From Sporopachydermia quercuum (Eukaryota): a stretch of DNA of 64,000 nt. The notes beneath the pieces are model-generated. The model did not search any database and was not told where the DNA came from. It saw only the letters and a program-made list of their open reading frames with translations. The DNA is taken from positions 496,001 to 560,000 of the forward strand of contig BCGN01000006.1 of the NCBI GenBank assembly GCA_001599295.1. Direction: 5' to 3'. The position numbers were made by a program, and so were the translations under genes. Below, in pieces: positions 1 through 9,896 of this stretch; position 1 is the first letter of the stretch, and each line of letters opens with the position of its first letter.

Positions 1-186
1 CTGGTATTACTTTATTGCTGCGGTTATTATATAGTGCGACAACAACTACTACTTTCAGTAAACACCAAGTTACTATAGACTAATTGTATACTAACCACAT
101 CTTNTAAACTTCCACTGTATATCTAATTATATTATAGAAAATCTAACTTAGCATACGACAAACATAAGCGAAAACAACTTCGTCAT

Positions 187-3100
187 CTAATAAACTTCTA
201 GTACATATCTTCCAGCTTCCTTCAACTCTTCAATCTCTCTAGCTGAATCAATCTTGTCTCCCTTACTTTCAGCATCCTTTTCAATAACCTCAGATAACAC
301 TTGAGTAACATCAGGAACAGGCCAAGTAGGACCACATAAATAAAAGCCACCCTTCTTAGCAACAAAAGCATCAACCAACTCATTCATTGACTCTCTAATC
401 TTATCTTGAATATAAACCTTGTGAGGTTGATCTCTTGAGAAAGCAGCACCAATATGAGTAATGATTCCCGCGTCTCTATAAGCTTCCCACAATTCACCAT
501 ACAAATATTCTTCCTTTTGATGTCTTGAGCCTAAGAATAAGTAGATTTCACCAATTTCATGACCTTCGGATTTCTGTAAAGCTCGTTCTTCAACAAATGC
601 TTTGAAAGGTGCTAAACCCGTACCTAAACCAGCCATAATAACAGGCTGGCTTGGTAATGGTGGTAACTTCATAACTGAAGGTTTAACACTGACAACTAAT
701 TCACTACCAACAGAAAGTTCCGATAAGTATTTAGAGCAATGACCAAATCTCTTTCTACCTTTAGAATCAACCCAATCGACAACGACAATAAGTAAATGAA
801 CTTCATTAGGATGAACCCTTTGAGAAGATGCAATAGAATATTCTCTTCTCTTTAAAGGAGCAATCAATTTAACCAAATCAGCTAAAGAGGGTCTCGCAGA
901 GCTGAACTCTTCGAGAATATCAGCATAAGTACTACAATCGACTTCAGTTCTTTGCTTCAACTCTTCAGCGCCAGCTCCTGAGACCAGTTTTTCTAAATGT
1001 TCCTTCTCAGCAGCTTCTTTAGCAAATGGAGCCAATCCTTCATAGAATCTCTTTGGTGGCTTACCAAACAAATCAATGTTTTCTGAAAAGGCCTGTAAAA
1101 CAGTTCTGGTTTCTAAAACATCGGCATTGTCTCTGGCGGGAACATTAATCAGTTCATTCTCATCAAGACCATATAAAGCAAGGAAATCTTTGACCATAGC
1201 CAGGTCGTTCCTACCATGGATACCTAAAGCTTCACCAATGGCATATTTAAGGCCAGTACCAGAGATATCGAATTCGATTTGGAAGATATTTCTGTCGTAG
1301 TAAGCAGGAGTGACCCGTTTGTTTTCTTTCACTTTAACAATGAAATTTTCAACTGGTAAATCAGGTCTCAACGAGGATTGAACCCCATAGGCTTCTCTAA
1401 AAGTGAGTTTCTTGGCAACTTCATAAGCAGAGGAGCATTCGACAGGTTCAACCTCAGGAATGCGTTTTTCGTTAGCTTCAAAGGAAGAGGAGTAAGGGAA
1501 AGAGGGAAGATTAGGAACAAACTCAACCTCAGTCTCAGTTTCATCCTCCTCAGCCTCAATAGCCAAAGAGGCCCATTCCGGAACTACAGGCAACTCAACC
1601 AAGCCAGTATCAGTTACCTTATCAACCAAAGTAGACAAAATAACTGCCAAAACTTCAGTATCGTTACCATTAGCTGTAACAAGCTTAGGTAAGATCTTAT
1701 CTTCTAAACCAGGATAGGCAAGCTTCCAGAAGGCGATTTGTGTAGCCATATTCTCAGTACGGCCTTCAGTTTCAGGATGTTCACCAATGGCTTCGAAATC
1801 NAGAACAAATAACTTGATATTCTTCAGAGCCAAATCTCTACGGAGACTAGAAGGTAAAGTTTCCAAGTCAATGCTCTTGGAAACACCAGTGAGAAGCAAC
1901 AAAGAGTTAGGAGCAGCATGCTTAATGACATCGAAATGCTTCAAAATGTCAACAGATGATACTAGTGTGAAGTCAATAACTTCAGAAACTGATTGGAAAG
2001 CCAAATGAGAAGATTTGGGCTTTTCGGAAATACGGATTTCTGATCTGACGATACCAGCAAGAGTGTCGTTATCAAAAGTAGCTGAAAAGGCTACTGATTG
2101 AGTGTTGTCTAAAGACAAAGTATGGGCCAAACGAGTGACAGCGTTAGAAGTCTTAGTTGAGTCCAAATCCCAGAAAGAATAAGAATTGGCAGCAGCAGTT
2201 AAAACATCGTTTGGTGTTAAGGCAATAGAAATAGAAGAGGTGAACAAATCAAATAAATCAGACGCTAACCAAATCTTTTCGCTGCTGTATTTATAGTCAT
2301 GGACACTGGGAACAGAGGGAACATTGCCAAAGCCTTGAGCCATGTACAAAGCAGTAGAGACATCGGAAAATAAGGCAGAATGAACGGCAGGATCGTTAAC
2401 AGCAATTGAAGAGTCAACTTGGCCCAAAACAACAATCTNTTTAGTGGTGGCTGGTAAAACAGACAAAAAATCGAAATCAATAAATGGATGATAGACTCTG
2501 ACGTTAATGGCACCAACTTTGAACTTGCTAGTAGCTAATTTACGAGCAATTTGATCAGCAAGAGTTGTTTCAGCAGAACCAAAGGAAACAACCACAATTT
2601 CAGCATTACGATGGCCAACGTATTCAAATGGCTTATAGTGGGTTCCCAATCGAGTGTTGAGAACATTGAGGTAAGCCTTAACCTTTTGTGCAGGAGAAGC
2701 ACTGGCGGAAACAGCAGAAGCAGCGATTGAAGCTAAAGCATCAAAATGGCCGGCAACAGCTTTTGGTGATTCAACAGAAGGAACATTTGCAGTAGTTCTC
2801 AAGAAATTGATACCGTCATAGACATGAGCAGCAGGGGTTCCAGTACTAGACATAATAGCAGCTAATAAAGTCATATCTTGAGCTTCTTCAAAATTACTTG
2901 AAGCAACAAGAGCAAAGCCTGTATCTCTAGCAACGTTGATAACAGTGGAATAGTCAGTGGTGAGAATATTCTTTTCGCTGTTATAGCCAACAGCTGCAAC
3001 ATTCAGAGCAAATTGACCTTTGTAATCAGAAGCATTGGCGATATACTCAGTTAATGCAGGTCTCAAATAATTAACAGTAGTAGAAGTAGCCAAAACTGGG

Positions 3101-3441
3101 ACAACACCAGACGTCTTAACGGCTGAAAGATAACCCAAGATTGAAGCACCAGCGCCAGCTCTTGTTTCTAAGGAAGTGAGAGTAGGAATGATCTTTTGGG
3201 GATTCAATTGGCCATGAGCGATCCATGTTTTGATTCCTTCATCAAGTTCAAATGTATCTGATGCATATGAAAAGAGGTGAGAAGAAATAGAATATGCAGT
3301 CTGCTCAACCAAAATTTGACCGGTGGTGTAAACAAAGTCAGTGAATGTATTGATATCTGATGAAATACCAAATGGATGAGCTAAGCTGGATGATAAAAGG
3401 GTACCAGCAGTTTCCCTTGTAGGTGATTTTGCCTTAGTCAT
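187..3441 (-). CDS. MET10: Sulfite reductase [NADPH] flavoprotein alpha subunit (~1084 aa)
   Basis: N-terminal PFOR-like region (LETRAGAG; VRVYHPF), C-terminal FAD/NADPH module (RREYSIASS, GLGTGLAPF, AFSRDQ, YIQD, YLCGP, terminal YVLEVY). Start placed at ATG 3441 (context AAAATG); the track's upstream TTG lies in intron-like sequence. Confidence 0.95.
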   Translation of the reverse strand: MTKAKSPTRETAGTLLSSSLAHPFGISSDINTFTDFVYTTGQILVEQTAYSISSHLFSYASDTFELDEGIKTWIAHGQLNPQKIIPTLTSLETRAGAGASILGYLSAVKTSGVVPVLATSTTVNYLRPALTEYIANASDYKGQFALNVAAVGYNSEKNILTTDYSTVINVARDTGFALVASSNFEEAQDMTLLAAIMSSTGTPAAHVYDGINFLRTTANVPSVESPKAVAGHFDALASIAASAVSASASPAQKVKAYLNVLNTRLGTHYKPFEYVGHRNAEIVVVSFGSAETTLADQIARKLATSKFKVGAINVRVYHPFIDFDFLSVLPATTKXIVVLGQVDSSIAVNDPAVHSALFSDVSTALYMAQGFGNVPSVPSVHDYKYSSEKIWLASDLFDLFTSSISIALTPNDVLTAAANSYSFWDLDSTKTSNAVTRLAHTLSLDNTQSVAFSATFDNDTLAGIVRSEIRISEKPKSSHLAFQSVSEVIDFTLVSSVDILKHFDVIKHAAPNSLLLLTGVSKSIDLETLPSSLRRDLALKNIKLFVXDFEAIGEHPETEGRTENMATQIAFWKLAYPGLEDKILPKLVTANGNDTEVLAVILSTLVDKVTDTGLVELPVVPEWASLAIEAEEDETETEVEFVPNLPSFPYSSSFEANEKRIPEVEPVECSSAYEVAKKLTFREAYGVQSSLRPDLPVENFIVKVKENKRVTPAYYDRNIFQIEFDISGTGLKYAIGEALGIHGRNDLAMVKDFLALYGLDENELINVPARDNADVLETRTVLQAFSENIDLFGKPPKRFYEGLAPFAKEAAEKEHLEKLVSGAGAEELKQRTEVDCSTYADILEEFSSARPSLADLVKLIAPLKRREYSIASSQRVHPNEVHLLIVVVDWVDSKGRKRFGHCSKYLSELSVGSELVVSVKPSVMKLPPLPSQPVIMAGLGTGLAPFKAFVEERALQKSEGHEIGEIYLFLGSRHQKEEYLYGELWEAYRDAGIITHIGAAFSRDQPHKVYIQDKIRESMNELVDAFVAKKGGFYLCGPTWPVPDVTQVLSEVIEKDAESKGDKIDSAREIEELKEAGRYVLEVY

Positions 3442-3448
3442 TTTGTGC

Positions 3449-3540
3449 CTAAAAATGAGAACTAGAATCAATTAGTATTTGATACTAGTTCAACCGGTTT
3501 TTCTAGTGGCCAAGTATAATTTTACTATGTGTTATCGTAC
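3449..3540 (-). other. Candidate 5'-UTR spliceosomal intron of MET10
   Basis: Minus strand: branch TACTAAT (3477-3471), pyrimidine tract and TAG acceptor (3451-3449) 7 nt before the ATG. Nearest donor-like site is GTACGA at 3540 (92-nt intron, typical size here); alternative GTAAGC at 3652. Confidence 0.5.
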
Positions 3541-3675
3541 TAGAAATGGAAACTGTATGTTGATATTTGAGAAGAAAGAATTTTTCACTTGAAAATGGTT
3601 ATAAGAGGGAATACTTCTAGAGGCTTATGAGTGGCTGCTGGGGTAAGCTTACCGGAATAGGACAATTATGAAAGC

Positions 3676-3682
3676 TCACGTG
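3676..3682. promoter_or_regulatory. Cbf1-type E-box (TCACGTG) upstream of MET10
   Basis: Exact TCACGTG about 235 bp upstream of the MET10 ATG; Cbf1 sites are typical of yeast sulfur-assimilation promoters. Confidence 0.6.
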
Positions 3683-4416
3683 GACTGAAATGGGATAAAA
3701 ATATGGGAGGCGCAGTTGGGGTAGGCTAGGAGATGAAAAACTGAAATGGAGACATGAGTTTGAGGGTAATTAACATGGGGCAAGATAAGTAAGTAGATTA
3801 TCATCAGAATATTGAACTGCCTTATAGTTATGAGGAAAAATATGGCAGAAACGTTTTAATCGTATAAACTGGATTACATGTCAATAAATTAATGTTTTGA
3901 CTACAACATCTCAAAGAAAGAGGGAAGTTTCATTCGGGTTTCTGTAATTTATCGATCAGATCATCATTTCCTAAACAGTTATCAGTCTATGTGGTAATTT
4001 GCTACGAATGAAAAAAGGACGAAAAGAACAGCAGATTCCAGTCCAATTTTGCACCACATACTGAAAATTACATTATGATTTTTGTAATAATTTATTGTAA
4101 CTATCAATCGTCTCCTTTTGCTAAACACCCCATACGCTTCAAATGAAAAGCTCACCTCTTCTACAACTTCCAACCCGACTCCCGCTTAACCCTTCTTCAG
4201 ATTTCCGAAACAAAGCAACAATAGTCTCACTTTAAAACCCTTTCTAGTGCTCTTTCTTGAAACCATCTACATTTCATGTAAACATTCTCTGAATCTTTCT
4301 ATAATGTTTTCTTTTCCAGCTCTATTCTACTCACCTCACAAGAGTCTCCAGAACACCCAATATAGGAAAGGGGCAACCGAAAGACATCATTTCCTTTTCT
4401 TCGACAGTCCCCTTAT

Positions 4417-4424
4417 CGGGTAAC
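4417..4424. promoter_or_regulatory. Reb1-type site (CGGGTAAC) in the MET10/VID28 divergent promoter
   Basis: Matches the TTACCCG consensus on the minus strand, next to poly(dT) tracts. Confidence 0.4.
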
Positions 4425-4855
4425 AAACTTTATTTTACATACCTTTTTTTGTACCTTTCTCTATGTGGCATCAAAGTCATCCTTCTGGTGTGTGACATAA
4501 CTGTTCCTTTCTTTCTATCAACTACCACTAAATATCATGGAAGAGTCACTTGATTCAGTACTGACACATTCATATTTTTACCAAAAGACCTATATTTTTG
4601 CTATATATTGTACATCACATTTTGAAGGCAGGATTATAGGAATTTGCTTCTTCTGCTAGAGTATTCATCCTGAAGGCAATTGGTCAAACAACCATCGAAC
4701 CGTGACGATAAAGATTGTGGATAGGAAGAAAACTGCATAATCAATCATTTATCAACAGCGACAACTGAGTTTTAATATTAGCATCACACAATACAGGGTT
4801 GCTTAGAAGTTCAGTATTTTACGTTTTCTAATTGCTGCTAAATCAACATATCATT

Positions 4856-7717
4856 ATGACAATTGCATCCAAAGACCCTTGTCAAGGGCTCATTGACGCC
4901 GATCCGGACACTCAGCTAGAAACTTTACGATCATTGAAAAGACAGATAATTGGTCATGAGGATGAGAAAAAAAAATTAACTGCTACCGAAAACTTTCATC
5001 AAGTGCTGACACTTCTTAGTTCTGGCCATGAAGAAGTCCAACTGCAAGCTGCTCTTATTATAGCATCGATCTCGTACGGTGATGATGAGTCTATCGAACT
5101 GCTAGTAAGACATCCTATTGTCCAGCAAGTACTAGATACGATCAATATCAACCTTCCAGCTCAAACATTATCTACTCTATTGAGGATCCTTTGCGCAGTT
5201 TTGAAAAGGAGGCCTGAGATATCAATTGATTTGGGCAATAGCGAATTAATACAAATCATCTGTCATGTATTGATCATGCCCAATACTTCCCAACCATTGC
5301 TAACACACACGTGCACCCTTATTCCTTTATTACCTATAGGCAGATACCTGATTGATAGTAAAGACAATGCCAGAATTAAGACATTAAGTGGACTATTTGA
5401 AGCTTTGATGTCACGAATTCAGTATCTCATGACTCAGTATAAAATGAGACCCAGCATAGGTACCTCAGCACTAGGACCTGCTATATATTCACTAGCAAAT
5501 ATTATCACCTTGCAGAATTCTGCAAGTATCCTTCGTGAATGTTGTCATGATAGTATTCGTTCTAATATTTACTTGATTAAAGGCAATAACAGCAGTAGTA
5601 GTGCTGAGGGTAGTGAATATGATCTATCCAAGCCAGAAAACAGTGCCAACGCTAGCGCTGAAACTTTGGGTGAAGCAATAACCGGAACTTCCACTGAGCC
5701 ACAAACAGGCGTTATTACAGTGGCTGAGNCGATCACCCATAATGATGACATGATGGATCTGGAGTCCGGGGACAATGATTCTCGAATGCTTGATGAAAAC
5801 GATGAAGACAATGACGAAGATGACAATGAAGAGGATGATGAAGAAGAGGATGATGACGAATACGACGTTGTGAATAGTAATGATGGCAACTTCAACACAA
5901 AGTGGCATTCAGAACAAGGTATTGACTTGTCTAAGATTATTATTCAAAGATCATTTTTATACCAAATGTACGAACTTTTGAAATCCCCTTCAGCTGAAAT
6001 TCGATTAGCAGCAATCATGCTAATAACTAAGATTATTAAAGTAAGACCAGAGCATAAGATTCGTGTGGCTTTAACACGACCTTTGCTTCCAACACTATTA
6101 CCAATGATTTACTCGGATTCAAACGTTGGTGCGGGTGGATTAGCAGGAGTAGGTGGTATTGTAAACAAGAGACCAAGTGGAAATCGACCCAGGAGTACTG
6201 GTGGCTCAGCTGATTTATCACCTAGCGGTAATCTTAGCGCAGGTGGCTCAGTTTATGTTCCCGATTATCGAACTTTCCGGGCACTGTCCATTCTGGTGAA
6301 CTCAGATTCTAATTTAGCAATGCTGGCGGCTGAATCAGGTATAATCCCCCATATTTCCGACACTATAAAGCAAATTGACTGCTTAAGCTCACCAGAATTA
6401 GCACAAGCGGTTGCTGATGGCTTACTGGCACTAGCGCACATTGGATCGAACGAGGATCATCTTCGTAGCCAGATTGCCGATCAAGGTATGTTAAAAAAGG
6501 TATTGGAACTAATCAACGAGACCGTGACTTGTGGTGCTCTAGACCTTTCTCCTTCCAGTAACACACCTTCCGGTTTAGTCGAGAACTTTACGAGTCCGAT
6601 TTCTAAATCCGAATTGTCTCCTGCGTTAGCTTCAAGCATGAGAAGAGTAGGACTCAGTGCTTGTTATCTTCTCCGATCTATCAGTAGAAGTATCTCACTT
6701 TTAAGAACTTCAGCCCAAGAAGAGGACATCATTGGTGCTATTGTAAACGTATTGAGCGTTTCTGCATCAGTATACACAACACCAAAACGTCAACTTACAG
6801 AACAAATGATTGAAGTACTGAACGTTAAATCAGCAGCTATGACAGCTGTATGTAATATCATTCTAGAATTTTCAGTTATACACGATGGGCTTATAGAAGC
6901 AGGTATCATTGACTACATGGTGATAGGTGTTAAAAGCAATCATGATCCTTTGCGACTGAATTCCATTTGGGCACTGCGCCACACTATTTACGATGGAGAT
7001 AATGAGCTGAAAACTAAAGTTATCGAAGTACTTGGCTATGACACCATTCTAGATTTATTAGATGCGGAATCAGGCTCAGAAACGGAAGTTGAACCTCATG
7101 AAATGACACCTGACATAAACACTGCGCCTCAAACATCACAGTACAGGGATAGGGAAATTGCTACAAATACTCCTACTGCGCCTCATGAAACTCCAGAATC
7201 AGAACTGCTTGTATCTAATAGACACACACCTTTACCCATTCAGGAACAAGCATTGAATTTCCTAAGAAACCTAACGTGCAAATCACCTTATCACGTGTCC
7301 CAACTACTAGCTAATATTCCCAATCTGATTGATATCCTAACCTTAAAATTGTATTCACCGGATAATTTTCATTCAGAATCTAGCCTAGCTATTGTATACA
7401 TGTTAGCACATATTGCTTTCACCAATTATAAAGACGAACTAATGAGGAAAGACCTTCTTCATGTTATTCTTCTTTGCTTAGCGCATGGACAAGGAGAATT
7501 AAGAACAGCTGCTGNTAGAGTTATAATCAATCTTACATGGCTTGAAGAGCCTGGAGATGAGGAAGAAATGTATCAATGTCGGGAAAGAGCAAAGATGCTG
7601 ATTGCCCTGGGATATAAGCCAAAGTTGAAGGAGCTGACCAAGAATGAAGAGCTGGATGTTAGAGAGAAGAGCCGTACAGCATTGTTTCAGATTGAACATT
7701 TAATTGGGAGAAATTGA
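4856..7717 (+). CDS. VID28: GID/CTLH ubiquitin-ligase ARM-repeat subunit (Vid28/Gid5, ARMC8-like), ~953 aa
   Basis: N-terminal LRSLKRQIIGHEDEKK, ACYLLRSISRSISLLRT, AVCNIILEFS, LRLNSIWALRH, IQEQALNFLRNL, INLTW and C-terminal LDVREKSRTAL are ARMC8-family motifs. First ATG at 4856. Confidence 0.85.
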   Translation: MTIASKDPCQGLIDADPDTQLETLRSLKRQIIGHEDEKKKLTATENFHQVLTLLSSGHEEVQLQAALIIASISYGDDESIELLVRHPIVQQVLDTININLPAQTLSTLLRILCAVLKRRPEISIDLGNSELIQIICHVLIMPNTSQPLLTHTCTLIPLLPIGRYLIDSKDNARIKTLSGLFEALMSRIQYLMTQYKMRPSIGTSALGPAIYSLANIITLQNSASILRECCHDSIRSNIYLIKGNNSSSSAEGSEYDLSKPENSANASAETLGEAITGTSTEPQTGVITVAEXITHNDDMMDLESGDNDSRMLDENDEDNDEDDNEEDDEEEDDDEYDVVNSNDGNFNTKWHSEQGIDLSKIIIQRSFLYQMYELLKSPSAEIRLAAIMLITKIIKVRPEHKIRVALTRPLLPTLLPMIYSDSNVGAGGLAGVGGIVNKRPSGNRPRSTGGSADLSPSGNLSAGGSVYVPDYRTFRALSILVNSDSNLAMLAAESGIIPHISDTIKQIDCLSSPELAQAVADGLLALAHIGSNEDHLRSQIADQGMLKKVLELINETVTCGALDLSPSSNTPSGLVENFTSPISKSELSPALASSMRRVGLSACYLLRSISRSISLLRTSAQEEDIIGAIVNVLSVSASVYTTPKRQLTEQMIEVLNVKSAAMTAVCNIILEFSVIHDGLIEAGIIDYMVIGVKSNHDPLRLNSIWALRHTIYDGDNELKTKVIEVLGYDTILDLLDAESGSETEVEPHEMTPDINTAPQTSQYRDREIATNTPTAPHETPESELLVSNRHTPLPIQEQALNFLRNLTCKSPYHVSQLLANIPNLIDILTLKLYSPDNFHSESSLAIVYMLAHIAFTNYKDELMRKDLLHVILLCLAHGQGELRTAAXRVIINLTWLEEPGDEEEMYQCRERAKMLIALGYKPKLKELTKNEELDVREKSRTALFQIEHLIGRN

Positions 7718-9052
7718 AGCAAAAGTTACTATAGACAAATTGTATTATGAGAGTAAGCGTGAACATTTTATGTTTGTTTGGCACTGCGGATTTAGTGTTG
7801 ATATTCATTTCACGGTGAGCAGCTGATTCTTTTTTATGGGTAGCGCTTACTGAGGAACGAGAGGTAGAAAAGGTATATAATGACCGTCGAATAAGAATGG
7901 AATGAAAAAACGAAAACGGGAACATAATGTGAAGAGGCAGGATGGCCAAATGGGTTCGGAGAAGTTGACTTATATATCCCAGTTCATATTCTCTTTATAC
8001 TGCTTGACTCAACGGGTATGGGCTCAACAAAAACGATGTGCTATTAGAGCACATGGGAAGCTTATGCACACTCTAAAGTGAAATATGAGTCTACTTCTGG
8101 TTTATGTATTATGATCACCAATTAGTTAATTTCTGACACTTATGTGATGAATAACCTGAACTCAACAATACTATATTAATAGTAATAAAGTATTGTCAAT
8201 TATTCACTCATCATCTCCTATGATATAGAAGTACCTAGATTAGGATCCTGTAGCCTTAATTCTGAAACTTCACCGAAAGAAGAAAATTAAAAATTAAAAT
8301 AAAAAGCCCAACAAAATAACCAGAACAACCATATATAACCATATACCTAGATGTTCTTTTGTTCCTAGTAGTTCTTGAATGATATCAGGATTAACGTTTT
8401 ACTTTCTATCAATCTATTGCAATTCGTCTCTACTTGATACGGCTAGTTGCTCAAATCGCATAATATATACCCTTTTCAACTACTGCACTGTCTAGTTGTA
8501 TAGCATTTGGAGATCAGTCGCGCCAGTAATCTGACAATCAAAAGCAATCAATGAACGCATTTAACATCTCACAATCATTTTCACCTTTTTTCTGTTGGAC
8601 TACATGGTAACGTTCTATTTTCTACTAAATACCATGGAGATCCCCATCTTCATTTTCCATCTTCCGTCATTCACAGAGAGCATTAGATATTATTACATCC
8701 TCGAATCAATTCAATTGCCATAATGTGGGGTAGTCGCTTATGGTAGCAATTTAAAGTTGAGTTTTGACTTGAGAGAGAAAGAGTGGAATAAAATAACTCA
8801 TTGCTGGTAATTTGTCACGGGACAAAGGGAACAATGGGGTAATTAAGCGAAGAAACCTTCAAGATCTATCGAGAAAGATCAGTTGATTGAAACAAACATC
8901 TGTTGAAATATAATTTGATAGAATTTTTATTTATATTCGTTGGCAAAAAGAAAACCTCTTACAGAAGGATAGCTTGGAATAATATAGCAATGAATAGTTG
9001 TTATATCTTAAATTGTAAAGCTCTAATAGAGTAGCGTGAGATGTATTTATAC

Positions 9053-9070
9053 ATATATATATATATATAT
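9053..9070. repeat. (AT)9 microsatellite, possibly acting as TATA element
   Basis: Direct reading. Confidence 0.8.
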
Positions 9071-9896
9071 TGAAATTGTGGTTAGATTCTTGACGCATGA
9101 CATGACATTTACAATTGCTAGACTAATGAATTAAAACAAGGTCCAGTCCACAATGACCAACAATTCGGTAGAACCTATAGTGTATGCTTACAATTTCTGA
9201 TTTTTTCTTCTTTCGAAATATATTGCAATATGCCGGGAATTTGTTTGGAAGACCTCTTTGTTACAAAGTTATCCTTTTAGTCGTTTAACTTCTGTTTTAC
9301 ACTCGATCTTCTCTCTAACCGTTCTTTTCATTCTATACTAACCTTGCATTAAAACTGCAGGAGGTTTAACTCCCAATCATTATATTTTCCAATAGGGAAA
9401 TACTTTCTATATATAGATAAGAGCTAATTGCGTAACAGGGTACAAATATGATTTTTCTTTTTTGCATAAATAGGGAATTATCGATAAAGTTTCATCTTAT
9501 AGAACTATAATTTTATTTACTATTGGATCTACTATTTGTAGCGCAATTACAAGAATCGCCAGCGCCTCAAATTTCACTTTTGATTTGCTTCCCACATTGT
9601 CTCTTGTTTGTTGCTGATATATGTTTCCGTTGGCTTTTCATTAGTTCATCAGATATATATTTAACTGATACGTTATAACGAAAACAACGGGCAGCTTAGA
9701 AAGAAACTTAACATTACTTCTCAAAAGTTGATTGATTTTTTAAGAAAGTCATCACCTTGATCGATTGACTGATAGGAGATTTTACCAAGAATAAGTTGTG
9801 ATTCTACTATTGTCATAAGTGAGTGGAATTCAGAGTGTTATTTGCTATCATCTAACTCTCTTTATTGATCACTATCAAATTATACACATAAAATCA

